This document shows positions 26,892 to 36,182 of a DNA stretch of 64,000 nucleotides, in pieces. A model generated the notes under the pieces. That model had not been told where the DNA came from, did no database searches, and was given only the letters and a program-made list of their open reading frames with translations. A program made the position numbers and the translations under genes. Origin of the DNA: a virus; IMG/VR virus record IMGVR_UViG_3300027131_000001; one strand, written 5' to 3'. Within the stretch, counting starts at the first letter, position 1; each line of letters opens with the position of its first letter.

Positions 26892-27292
26892 ATGTTTAAT
26901 TGTAAATGTTTCCTGTGCACCTTGCACATGATCCATGAATTGTAGTATTTAGTTGGGTTTGCAAGGACGTCAAATTGATATTGATACTTTGCTTCGTAGT
27001 AAGTACATTCACCCTTGTTCTTACATAATCGAAGTATTTCACGTTTAAAGTGATCTACTCCAATTATTTCAATATCTTTTCGAAGTTCTTCATTCGATCC
27101 GAAGTATGACTGCCAATCAGACTCTGCTTTGTATCTCTTTTTCTTTCCTTTTACTTGCCTGGTCTTCATTGAATAAAATAGTTTCTTACCTATGTACTCA
27201 CGACCAGAAATAGTATTGGTTATTCTATAGACGAACCCGTAACACCCTTCTGGGATCATTGTAACTGGTCCATCTTCAAATGTCCACATCAA
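26882..27292 (-). CDS. GIY-YIG endonuclease (T4 endonuclease II-like)
   Basis: YGFVYRITN...YIGKK, YFGS, FKREIL and YYN. Confidence 0.8.
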   Translation of the reverse strand: MMWTFEDGPVTMIPEGCYGFVYRITNTISGREYIGKKLFYSMKTRQVKGKKKRYKAESDWQSYFGSNEELRKDIEIIGVDHFKREILRLCKNKGECTYYEAKYQYQFDVLANPTKYYNSWIMCKVHRKHLQLNIAG

Positions 27293-27453
27293 TCGTCTAA
27301 TCTATCTTCGTCGTAAAACTCTTCATCAAATTCACTATCTAGTTCAGGATCAATTACTGACCCGCAGTATGGACAGTACATTATCTCTTCGTCTATATTA
27401 TAACCTTCGACAGAGAAGTCTGCCTCGCACATTCTACAGCTATGTGATTTCAT
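27289..27453 (-). CDS. 54-aa zinc-ribbon protein with acidic tail (not in ORF track)
   Basis: CRMC...CPYCG then DSEFDEEFYDED. Confidence 0.75.
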   Translation of the reverse strand: MKSHSCRMCEADFSVEGYNIDEEIMYCPYCGSVIDPELDSEFDEEFYDEDRLDD

Positions 27454-27896
27454 AACTCACTCCTTCTTTGCAACTCTGATATATATGTTCTGTCTCTTAG
27501 TTCAGTTGTACTAAAATTATGAGACCTTGAGTTGTAATGTAACTTAATACCTCTATCAACACATATTGTTTTACCTGTGAATGGTTTGTCTTTGTATTCT
27601 TCACCAAGGAAACGAACATTGATCGGAAGAAGCATCAGCAGATCTTCCAAGTCTTTTTCCGTATCATATACAACAAACTCGTCAACATACTTGACGGCTT
27701 GTATTTGAATACATCTCTCAACAATAGATTGTATTGGTTTGTTTTTTGATTTAGGTCTGTCGATTGTTGGGTCAGATTGAATCCCAACAATTAGATAGTC
27801 ACAATGATCCCGAATCTCTTTTAACATTAAGATATGACCCGCATGAAGCATATCAAATGTTGAGCATGTAAATCCTTTTACTTCACCACTATACAT
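27450..27896 (-). CDS. TagD-like cytidylyltransferase
   Basis: GFTCSTFDMLHAGH, KPIQSIVER and FSTTELR. Confidence 0.88.
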   Translation of the reverse strand: MYSGEVKGFTCSTFDMLHAGHILMLKEIRDHCDYLIVGIQSDPTIDRPKSKNKPIQSIVERCIQIQAVKYVDEFVVYDTEKDLEDLLMLLPINVRFLGEEYKDKPFTGKTICVDRGIKLHYNSRSHNFSTTELRDRTYISELQRRSEL

Positions 27897-27912
27897 AACA
27901 ACTCCTAATATT

Positions 27913-28206
27913 TTAACTTCCAAGATCTGGATTACTTCCACCTTCACCAACTCCTAATACACATGCAAGTCTTGCATCATATTCTACAACTGTCCAGGTC
28001 TTCTTTGTTTTATTTACAAGCAAAGTAATATGTGTTCCACGGTCAGTCTTACCAACCCAGATTGGAGACTCTCCGTATTTTAGGGTAAACTCACTCATAA
28101 TAAAGTCTGCATTACTGCATTTCATTTCTTTGGTTAGATGTATAACTTCCTGAGCATATAACATGCTAGAAAATAATGCAATCAGAAATACTAATTTACG
28201 CTTCAT
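27913..28206 (-). CDS. exported hypothetical protein
   Basis: Sec signal peptide, two Cys. Confidence 0.65.
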   Translation of the reverse strand: MKRKLVFLIALFSSMLYAQEVIHLTKEMKCSNADFIMSEFTLKYGESPIWVGKTDRGTHITLLVNKTKKTWTVVEYDARLACVLGVGEGGSNPDLGS

Positions 28207-28224
28207 GATTGATCCTTAAAAAGA

Positions 28225-28247
28225 AAAAGGGGCATATAGCCCCTTTT
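28225..28247 (-). terminator. intrinsic terminator
   Basis: AAAAGGGGC-TATAT-GCCCCTTTT followed by a T-rich tail. Confidence 0.8.
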
Positions 28248-28272
28248 ATTGTTACTACACTATTATATAGTA

Positions 28273-28818
28273 TTAGAATCTGCGCGTATATTGTAAACGC
28301 ACTGCATCTTTTTCTTCATCACCCCAGCTACGGCTCCAACGAACTGCAACTGCATCTTGTTTTGTCAGTTCATACCCAACCGCAACATGAGCGCGCTGTG
28401 TTGCGTAGTTGTTAGATGTATCGATAGCATCACGGTAGCGAAAGCCAACATCACTAGTGAACCCAGCACCAAGAGGAACTTTAACACCTGCATCAATTGC
28501 ATAGTGACTAAAATGAGTAGAGCTAGATACCCTTTCACCTAAACGACCACCAAGGTAGAAGATATCAAATGAACGTCTAACACGAACTTCCATTCCTTGT
28601 GAAATAGAACCACTACCAAGTGCTGTTTGGCTGTTTTCCAGTTTAAGGCTGTAATCCATAGCGCCTTCTTTGATACCAACAACCAAACCTTCTTTAATAT
28701 TGTCTACGTCTGTTGCACGGTTTGTTTCATTAGAGTATTCCAATGATGTATAACCACCCGCCATAGCGGAACCAACTGCCATCAAACTTACAAGCAAAAC
28801 TGCTTTTACTAACTTCAT
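28273..28818 (-). CDS. outer-membrane beta-barrel (porin-like) protein
   Basis: Signal peptide (AMA|GG), alternating amphipathic strands, C-terminal VRLQYTRRF beta-signal. Confidence 0.8.
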   Translation of the reverse strand: MKLVKAVLLVSLMAVGSAMAGGYTSLEYSNETNRATDVDNIKEGLVVGIKEGAMDYSLKLENSQTALGSGSISQGMEVRVRRSFDIFYLGGRLGERVSSSTHFSHYAIDAGVKVPLGAGFTSDVGFRYRDAIDTSNNYATQRAHVAVGYELTKQDAVAVRWSRSWGDEEKDAVRLQYTRRF

Positions 28819-28835
28819 ACTTACTCCTTTTGTTA

Positions 28836-29822
28836 TTAGGCCGCCTTGGCCCAGACATTAGACCAATCTCCACTCAACGCGCCCTTTGCATAATCAGTTG
28901 CCCGATTCTCAAAGAAGTTTGTATGTGTAGGAGCATTGATCATCTCTTCAACCCACGGTAGTGGGTTTTTCTTTACCTTGAATATTCCCTTCAATCCAAG
29001 ACTAATTAATCGACGATCAGCAATATACCGAATGTATTGCTTAACGTCTGCATTTGTTAGATTTTCCATCAGGTTACAAGAGAACGCAAGATCAATAAAG
29101 TTATCTTCCAGACTGACCATCTTCTCTGCAATTGTGTATATTTCACCTTTCAACTTATCATTCCATATATCTCTATTCTCTTCAACATATGTACGAAACA
29201 GTTTAATCATTGACTCTGCATGCATTGTCTCATCAACTATCGACCACGTGATGATCTGACCCATCCCCTTCATCTTGCCGTGACGAGGAAAGTTCAGTAG
29301 CATAATGAAGCTCGAGAAAAGTTGCATCCCTTCCGTGAAAGCAGAGAATGCTGCAATCTGTTGTGCTATCGTCGTCGCGTCCTGGCCCGCAAGAGACAAG
29401 AAATAATCGTGCTTGTCTTTCATCTCCTTGTACTGCAGGAACTCGTCGTACGTTGAGTCCGGCATCCCTAAGGTTTCGATCAAATGACTGTAGGCAGCCA
29501 CATGAAGAGCTTCCCTGGCCGCAAAACCACTCAACATCATTCGAATCTCTGGTTGCGGGAAGTAGGGAAGATAGTTCTTTACATATCCACCCGCCACGTC
29601 CACGTCTCCTTGCGTAAAGAACCTGAAGATGTTTGTCAGGAAGTGTTTTTCTTGTTCGTTTAGTTTGTTTTTCCAATCTTTTACATCCTCTAGCATCGGT
29701 ACTTCCGTGTGTAGCCAATGGCTCTGTTCGTGTTTCAACCACGCATCATATGCCCAAGGATAGTTGAAAGGTTTAAAATAGTTGCGTTCGTCTGTTAATT
29801 TACTTTTTGCTTTTTTGATCAT
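28836..29822 (-). CDS. nrdB: ribonucleotide reductase class Ia beta subunit
   Basis: FFTQGD, REALH...Y, EGMQLFSSF, DETMH and NFFE. Confidence 0.95.
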   Translation of the reverse strand: MIKKAKSKLTDERNYFKPFNYPWAYDAWLKHEQSHWLHTEVPMLEDVKDWKNKLNEQEKHFLTNIFRFFTQGDVDVAGGYVKNYLPYFPQPEIRMMLSGFAAREALHVAAYSHLIETLGMPDSTYDEFLQYKEMKDKHDYFLSLAGQDATTIAQQIAAFSAFTEGMQLFSSFIMLLNFPRHGKMKGMGQIITWSIVDETMHAESMIKLFRTYVEENRDIWNDKLKGEIYTIAEKMVSLEDNFIDLAFSCNLMENLTNADVKQYIRYIADRRLISLGLKGIFKVKKNPLPWVEEMINAPTHTNFFENRATDYAKGALSGDWSNVWAKAA

Positions 29823-29994
29823 TGGTTTCTTTGTTTTTGTTCTTCTAGTTCTTGTTGTTCTAACTCCTCCAATCGGCCAATCAATACGCTAATTGCTGTA
29901 TGAATGTGACCAGTATCATGATCGAGTAACCTGCTTCTTAATATTACAATCTCCTCACTAAGACATCTTATTCGTTGTAATGTTGTTAGTGGGT

Positions 29995-30237
29995 TCATAG
30001 TAGCTCCTCCATTAGTTTTTCTTTTGAAAGTGCACCACCAATTCGCTTAACAATATTATTATGTTCGTCAAGCAGTATCAAGTGCGGTACACCTCTTATT
30101 CCGTATTCTATAGCAGCAGCAGTGTTCTGATCAACATCTATTACTTCTACAGGATATGGAAATTCAATATCTTCCATAGTTTTAGATAACATTTTACATG
30201 GTCCACACCATGAAGCTTCAAATTTTAACAGTCTCAT
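29995..30237 (-). CDS. thioredoxin
   Basis: WCGPC. Confidence 0.93.
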   Translation of the reverse strand: MRLLKFEASWCGPCKMLSKTMEDIEFPYPVEVIDVDQNTAAAIEYGIRGVPHLILLDEHNNIVKRIGGALSKEKLMEELL

Positions 30238-30244
30238 ATATTTC

Positions 30245-30757
30245 CTATCTTACAGGCCAATGTTTATTAAATTTCTCAAAGTAGAACATCAGTTCTTCTT
30301 TCTCATCATCATAGTACTCACCGACATAATCTGATTTGACACGTGCATGAATATTCTCACACATGGCAACCAAAGTAATATTATCTCTGATATAGCCCCA
30401 ATCGTAGAGAACGTCAAGCATCCATTTCCAATTGCCGCCGCGAATGATACCTGCCTCCACCAATACTAGATCTTGGTATGGTCTAATGTCTCCTGATTGC
30501 ATCACCATTTTTTTAATGTAGTGATCAGGGGTTTCATCAGGATATGTGACGTCAACTGGGATTATATTTAGCATCTCACCTTTGCGAGACCAGGAGTGTG
30601 CAAGGTGCATCGCAACGGTAGCAGAGTAGTCAGGTGAGGCCATGATTACTGCTGTTGTTTGAGGATCAAAATCAGAGCTATCAACGATTGTTTCTAACCG
30701 TTGTATCAGCTCCCATTCTTTTTCTCTTGTGATAAAGTGTAGTGGTCTTCTGTTCAT
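30245..30757 (-). CDS. phosphoribosyltransferase-fold protein (degenerate)
   Basis: LVLVEAGIIRGGN resembles the PRPP-binding loop VLLVDDxxxTGGT. Confidence 0.45.
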   Translation of the reverse strand: MNRRPLHFITREKEWELIQRLETIVDSSDFDPQTTAVIMASPDYSATVAMHLAHSWSRKGEMLNIIPVDVTYPDETPDHYIKKMVMQSGDIRPYQDLVLVEAGIIRGGNWKWMLDVLYDWGYIRDNITLVAMCENIHARVKSDYVGEYYDDEKEELMFYFEKFNKHWPVR

Positions 30758-30770
30758 TTATAAACTTCAT

Positions 30771-31097
30771 TTAAACTGTAAAGCTACTACCGCATCCGCA
30801 TGTTTGCTTGGCATTTGGGTTTTTAATAATGAACTCTTTGGTCATTAGTTCGTCTCTATAATCAATAGTTGCTCCCTGTAAGTATTGCATACTCATTGCA
30901 TCAACCATAATATCAAACTTACCAAGACTGACGTGGAAATCATCTTCATTGGTTTCCTGGTCAAAAGTGAACCCGTAGCTAAAACCAGAACAGCCACCAC
31001 CTTGAACAAACACTCTCAACCCCTTGATTGTAGGGTCGTTCTCGTCAATGTATAAATCTGTAATCTTTTCTTTTGCTTTATCAGAAATTGATATCAT
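30771..31097 (-). CDS. erpA: A-type Fe-S carrier (ErpA/IscA)
   Basis: LRVFVQGGGCSGFSYGF...NPNAKQTCGCGSSF. Confidence 0.9.
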   Translation of the reverse strand: MISISDKAKEKITDLYIDENDPTIKGLRVFVQGGGCSGFSYGFTFDQETNEDDFHVSLGKFDIMVDAMSMQYLQGATIDYRDELMTKEFIIKNPNAKQTCGCGSSFTV

Positions 31098-31733
31098 TTA
31101 TTTTTCCATTAGCTTGTTGACAAACTCTAGTAATTTGGGTTGATGATTAACGTACTTGCCTTTCATGTATGAATAGCTACCGTACCACCACTCCTCAGCT
31201 TCCGGATGGCAACCAATCAATCCAATGTTACCTTGAATAGCAGCCATCACATCATCATTAGCATACTTAGAAACTAATTCAAACTTACTATAGTCTCCTA
31301 CAATAGCACAACCATCATAAAAGAACATATTTGCCTCCTGACCGTGCCAGTACACTTTTAGGTTCTTTGCATGAGGTCTTTTGGTGTCTGTGTTTGGCCG
31401 TGTAATATATTGAACGGTATCGATTCCGTCTAAGATGTCTAGATAATGACTTCCAGCCCAGTAAGCACCCATGCAAATACCAATATATTTACCACCGTCA
31501 GTAACAAACTTCTTTACTCTTTCAGTATTATTCTTAAATAGTTGGTAAAATGTATCTGCATCACCTATTCCGCCAGGAACAATAACCATATCAACATCAT
31601 CAAAGAAACATTCTTCTACTCTATTCTTAGAAAACAACTTTATATTATACTGACCGTCAAGTGATCTGATTACAGCATTACAGCACTGTACAGAACACTT
31701 GGGGTCATACACAAACAGTGCAATTGTTTTCAT
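31098..31733 (-). CDS. BPL_N-like class I glutamine amidotransferase domain protein
   Basis: VPGG, GGKYIGICMGAY and GCHPE. Confidence 0.8.
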   Translation of the reverse strand: MKTIALFVYDPKCSVQCCNAVIRSLDGQYNIKLFSKNRVEECFFDDVDMVIVPGGIGDADTFYQLFKNNTERVKKFVTDGGKYIGICMGAYWAGSHYLDILDGIDTVQYITRPNTDTKRPHAKNLKVYWHGQEANMFFYDGCAIVGDYSKFELVSKYANDDVMAAIQGNIGLIGCHPEAEEWWYGSYSYMKGKYVNHQPKLLEFVNKLMEK

Positions 31734-33551
31734 CTATCCTTCACAGGCCAAACAAACATCGTCGTTCTGAGCAAGTGCTTTCAGGTCAATCTCTTCAATT
31801 ACTCTTCTTTCAATCTTCTTTGACACCTTATCAGCCTTGCCAATCTTCTCGCTTCTGCAATAATAAAGGCTCTTGAGCCCCGCTTTCCATGCCTGGAAGT
31901 GAACTGCATGCAAATATCTAATATCAACAGTTGGTCTAAAGAATAGATTGAGTGATTGAGCCTGATCAATATATTCTTGTCTATCAGCAGCATGTTGAAT
32001 CAACCAGCGTTGATCGATCTCCATACTCGTTTTAAATACGTCTTTCGTCCAATCATCCATCCAGTCAAGATGTTGAACAGAACCGTCATTAGCAATAATC
32101 GAAGACCAAACCTCATCATAATCTACATCGTTCTGTTGTCTAATAATAGCATCTAGCCATCTGTTCTTATTCAAAGAAGATCCGGAAAGAGTATCTTGGC
32201 GATAAGCGTTAGCTCTAAATGGCTCAATACTAGGAGAAGTGTTCCCCATGATGATACTAGAAGAAGCATTAGGAGCAATAGCCATAAGATGACTGAAACG
32301 AAGACCGGTGCCTTCTGCATCAGGAGCTTCACCTCTTTCGCTACCGAGTTCAGCATTTGCCACATTTAGCTTTTCTCTAATATGTTTAAAGATCTGCTTG
32401 TTTCTTCCAACGGCATTTGCTGATTCCCAAGGAATGTTATTCTTTTGCAAGTATGCGTGCCAACCTAGAGCACCAACGCCGATAGAACGCTCACGAGAAG
32501 CAGAATAAGTGGCCCTTGCGACATGGACGGGAGCGTTATCGATAAAATACTGAAGGACATTATCAAGAAGCTCAGCAATGTCTTTGAGAAATAGATCATG
32601 ATCTTTCCAATCATCGTAGTATTCGAGGTTAACAGAAGACAAACAACAAACTGCAGTACGGTCTCTGTCTGTTGGAAGGATGATCTCAGAGCAAAGGTTA
32701 GATTGACGAATCTTCAATCCTCTATCCTTCAACCACTTAGGCATCTTCTCGTTAGAAGTATCAATGAAGTGTAAGTATGGTTCACCAGTTTGCATTCTCA
32801 ATTCTAGAATCTGTTGCCAAATATGCTTTGCTGATACTGTATCGCGTACTGTTCCGTCATGCGGATCAACTAGATCCCAACTATCATCAGCTTCTGGATC
32901 CAGCATACACTTCTCAACAATTTGCATGAAGTCATCTGTAATATTTATACCGTGATGCAAATTGGGTGCACGCATATTGGGGTCACCAGTTGGCTTCCTC
33001 ATATCTAAAAAGATAGGTAGATCGGGGTGACTAATATCAAGATAAGCAGCATAGGATCCACGTCTTGTACGACCTTGACGATATGCAAGACTGCTGGCAT
33101 CATAGATTCTAAGATGGGGCATCACTCCGGTACTTTTATCATCAGCAGAACGAATTCCAAATCCAATCCCAACACCGCCTCCCAACATACTCAACCAATT
33201 GGTTTCAGAAAGATTATCTACAAGACCGGCTGAGCTGTCGTGCATGTAGTTGAGAAAGCAAGAGATTGGTAAACCCTTTTGTGTTCTTCCGAACGATAGA
33301 ATCGGCGTAGAGAGCGATAACCAGTGTAGACTAGCATAGTCATAGATACGCTGTGCATGAGCTGGATTACTTCCGAATGCACGTGCTACGAACGCAAATC
33401 TCTCCTGTGGTGATGCCTCACTATCCAACATATACGATTCTCTGAGTCGTTTCAGTCCGTGCTCATCAAATAATTTATCATTACCATAATTTAACCTAAT
33501 GTTAAAGTTATTCATTGCTTCTTCGTTTCTAACGACAGACAAGTTTACCAT
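31734..33551 (-). CDS. nrdA: ribonucleotide reductase class Ia alpha subunit (short form, no ATP cone evident)
   Basis: ISCFL, QSNLCSEI, AIAPNASSS, KSLYY and C-terminal CLAC. Confidence 0.95.
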   Translation of the reverse strand: MVNLSVVRNEEAMNNFNIRLNYGNDKLFDEHGLKRLRESYMLDSEASPQERFAFVARAFGSNPAHAQRIYDYASLHWLSLSTPILSFGRTQKGLPISCFLNYMHDSSAGLVDNLSETNWLSMLGGGVGIGFGIRSADDKSTGVMPHLRIYDASSLAYRQGRTRRGSYAAYLDISHPDLPIFLDMRKPTGDPNMRAPNLHHGINITDDFMQIVEKCMLDPEADDSWDLVDPHDGTVRDTVSAKHIWQQILELRMQTGEPYLHFIDTSNEKMPKWLKDRGLKIRQSNLCSEIILPTDRDRTAVCCLSSVNLEYYDDWKDHDLFLKDIAELLDNVLQYFIDNAPVHVARATYSASRERSIGVGALGWHAYLQKNNIPWESANAVGRNKQIFKHIREKLNVANAELGSERGEAPDAEGTGLRFSHLMAIAPNASSSIIMGNTSPSIEPFRANAYRQDTLSGSSLNKNRWLDAIIRQQNDVDYDEVWSSIIANDGSVQHLDWMDDWTKDVFKTSMEIDQRWLIQHAADRQEYIDQAQSLNLFFRPTVDIRYLHAVHFQAWKAGLKSLYYCRSEKIGKADKVSKKIERRVIEEIDLKALAQNDDVCLACEG

Positions 33552-33577
33552 TAATTATTCCTTTGTTATTATGTTTA

Positions 33578-34159
33578 TTACTGTGAAAGGTTACTTAGTC
33601 TATCAGTCAGACCTTCGTTTTCGTCAAAAAAGACAGTGTATGTAAATCTGTATTGAGGGCCATATCTTGACTGAGATCTTATTGTGTGAGGAATTCCGCC
33701 ATCAAATAATATAATTCTACCTGGTTTATATACTGATGTAAACAAGACCTCTGTCATCTCTTCGTTGAAGAATAAAGTCTCTCCTGCCCATTCTGGCTTC
33801 CAACTACTGTTTGCATAGTATAATAGAGTTGTATTGACGTGTGTATGAGCAAAGTTTGTGTCTGACGGGTGTGAGCAATTGATTATAAAGTTGTATGGGA
33901 ATTTGTGTGTAATCAACGGGTATACTTCAGATTTTTTGAGTGTTTCGTATAGTTTCAACTCTTCAAACTTATGCAATGATACTTTTGAATGAAAATAACA
34001 ATGTTCTTTATTTTCTATATCATTTGTATCGTTCCATCCTATTTTATATTCAGTCTCCATTGCAAACTGGTATAACGATGCACGAAATGAGGCTTCAAAA
34101 ACATTATCAAAGACAAATATCTTCTTTCCCCGGTCAACGGTAATCTCTTGTTTCTTCAT
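33578..34159 (-). CDS. 2OG-Fe(II) oxygenase-like protein
   Basis: TLLYYAN...WAGETLF...GRIILFDGGIPH...RFT; first metal motif is HTH. Confidence 0.8.
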   Translation of the reverse strand: MKKQEITVDRGKKIFVFDNVFEASFRASLYQFAMETEYKIGWNDTNDIENKEHCYFHSKVSLHKFEELKLYETLKKSEVYPLITHKFPYNFIINCSHPSDTNFAHTHVNTTLLYYANSSWKPEWAGETLFFNEEMTEVLFTSVYKPGRIILFDGGIPHTIRSQSRYGPQYRFTYTVFFDENEGLTDRLSNLSQ

Positions 34160-34166
34160 AGGGGTA

Positions 34167-34859
34167 TTATTTAGATATGAATTCTGACGCCATTGGAAAT
34201 ATTTCCGAGATTGCTTTTGCACAAGCACGTGCTACTTCCATATGCTCTTTTTGTGTTCCATTACTGCTTCTCAATTCAATGTAATGTATCCATGATCTAA
34301 TAGTTCCGTTCATATAAAGGCGTGAAACCGTCATTCCTTCCGGTAAAACTGCTCTTGCCTGCTCTTTTGCTATCCCGTTATCGATCGCCCATTGATACGC
34401 TTCTTTAACAGCGTATAACACGCGTTGCTGAGCACGAATCCATCCCGTATCAAGATTGCGTGAATCAGGATTATCAAGTACCAGCTCTATGCTATTTTGT
34501 CTATTTGATGTGTCTTGGATTCTACATTCTCGTATAACAAACGCATTGTCGAGCTCAGCCGTTGGGTCAGCGTAACGTTGGGAAAATTCCTGAAAAGAAA
34601 AGCTGCGATGTCGAAGGATTTGTCTTGCGATATCTCTTGTAGTTGTGATTTCGATACAGGCGGAGGCCATTTCGAACGGACTCCAGTGCTTGTGCTTTGC
34701 AAGATATCTAATGAGTCGTTCTGACGTTTCATTATTTGATTGATTGTTTGGGTTTGATACCCTTGCGCAGTAGCTGATGAGATCTTGTACATCTTTACAG
34801 TATACCTCTTCTTCTGTTGAAATAGCCGGCTTAGAATAACTTATCAACTTCACTTCCAT
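34167..34859 (-). CDS. thyX: flavin-dependent thymidylate synthase
   Basis: HWSPFE, RHRSFSFQEFSQRY and EQARAVLP. Confidence 0.95.
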   Translation of the reverse strand: MEVKLISYSKPAISTEEEVYCKDVQDLISYCARVSNPNNQSNNETSERLIRYLAKHKHWSPFEMASACIEITTTRDIARQILRHRSFSFQEFSQRYADPTAELDNAFVIRECRIQDTSNRQNSIELVLDNPDSRNLDTGWIRAQQRVLYAVKEAYQWAIDNGIAKEQARAVLPEGMTVSRLYMNGTIRSWIHYIELRSSNGTQKEHMEVARACAKAISEIFPMASEFISK

Positions 34860-35113
34860 ACATCTTCTTTCCATTTTTCTGTTTGTTCAAATCTTTGCTC
34901 CTGAATTGTTTTTTCATTCCAAACTTTTCTAGGATTAGCACACATGAAGCATTTCGGGTCACCACAAGAGATGACACTTCGTTTAAGGAGCTTATGTGGC
35001 TCTTTACACGGGATACTGAATGCTTTAGAGAGCTTTACTTGCTTCTTTATCTTGTTTTCTTTTTGCTGGATACGTTCTTGGTGTTTGCTTTTGTCATTTA
35101 ACATTTCTTCCAT
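34850..35113 (-). CDS. small Cys/His-rich hypothetical protein
   Basis: H...CGDPKCFMCANPRK. Confidence 0.6.
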   Translation of the reverse strand: MEEMLNDKSKHQERIQQKENKIKKQVKLSKAFSIPCKEPHKLLKRSVISCGDPKCFMCANPRKVWNEKTIQEQRFEQTEKWKEDVWK

Positions 35114-36129
35114 TGTGTTATCCTTAATTTAGCTTCTAAACCACAGACAGTATTACAATCGATTACTAGCTTAACATCTTCCGGCTTCATTCCCGCCAAG
35201 ACCATCTCATTGATATCTTTTTGCTCAATGTGGGACGGCCATATGCATACATTATACCCTAAATCGATTGCCTTTTCAACGATGTTGCATATATCAATAT
35301 TCTTCGGCTCATTGTCTAGTACGATCACAAACCTAGACGGATCATCAATCACTCTCTTCAACCCGTTAAGGTTATTGGAGGACCCCATTGCAAGTGCATT
35401 TGGTAAGAACAATGAATCAAGAGGACCTTCTGTTACATAGATCTTTTCCTTCTTATCAATTGTATCCAATCCAAATATGAAAGGCTTATCGGTATCTACG
35501 TGAATGCTGATGTATCTTAACTTAGTCTGCCCGAATGCACGTCCCTGAAACCCTATCAATGACCCGTCCATATCAACATAAGGAATCACCAGCCTTGCCT
35601 CATCAAAATCAGTACTCTCAAACTTATCAGGAATGATCGTGTTGACCCATTTCTTAAATTTTAGTGAAAGGAATAGTCTGAAGTGATGTTTGGTTGGGAT
35701 CTTTCTTGAGTTGACATACCTCTTTGCAGGGTTATCATGTTCTAATGATGATATCTTTTTCAGTTTCTTGAATGCTTCTTCGCGGAGGTATTTAGGGAAC
35801 CTGATCCGGGTAATATCCGGTTCGCGAGCGCTAACACCCACTTGAGTAGACAAATATTTTTCTGCAAGTCTTTCCTTTTGATACTCATCGTGTAGCTGAG
35901 GATCAATTACTTTTATGAAGGAGGAAAGGTTCAATGAAGCATGACAATTATGACAATAGTAAGTCGTCTGGTTATTCTTGGTTAGAATAAAGCCACGTGC
36001 TTTTCTTTTGTTTGTTTGCGAGTCACCGCAGATGATACACCGGAAATTAAAAGTCCCATCGCTCGTTTTCTTGAACAATGGGAGCCTTGATGAGATGAGC
36101 CCGATATATTTGTAATCAATTGGTAGCAT
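35098..36129 (-). CDS. DNA primase (T4 gp61-like)
   Basis: CIICGDS...CHNC zinc finger, GFQGR, TEGPLDSLF, DNEP and KDINEM. Confidence 0.93.
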   Translation of the reverse strand: MLPIDYKYIGLISSRLPLFKKTSDGTFNFRCIICGDSQTNKRKARGFILTKNNQTTYYCHNCHASLNLSSFIKVIDPQLHDEYQKERLAEKYLSTQVGVSAREPDITRIRFPKYLREEAFKKLKKISSLEHDNPAKRYVNSRKIPTKHHFRLFLSLKFKKWVNTIIPDKFESTDFDEARLVIPYVDMDGSLIGFQGRAFGQTKLRYISIHVDTDKPFIFGLDTIDKKEKIYVTEGPLDSLFLPNALAMGSSNNLNGLKRVIDDPSRFVIVLDNEPKNIDICNIVEKAIDLGYNVCIWPSHIEQKDINEMVLAGMKPEDVKLVIDCNTVCGLEAKLRITQWKKC

Positions 36130-36153
36130 ATAGATCCTCTAAGACACAAGAGG

Positions 36154-36182
36154 ATTATATACTGTTACTGATTAGTAGTCAA
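36154..36182 (-). promoter_or_regulatory. sigma70 promoter for the primase operon
   Basis: TTGACT-N17-TATAAT. Confidence 0.75.
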
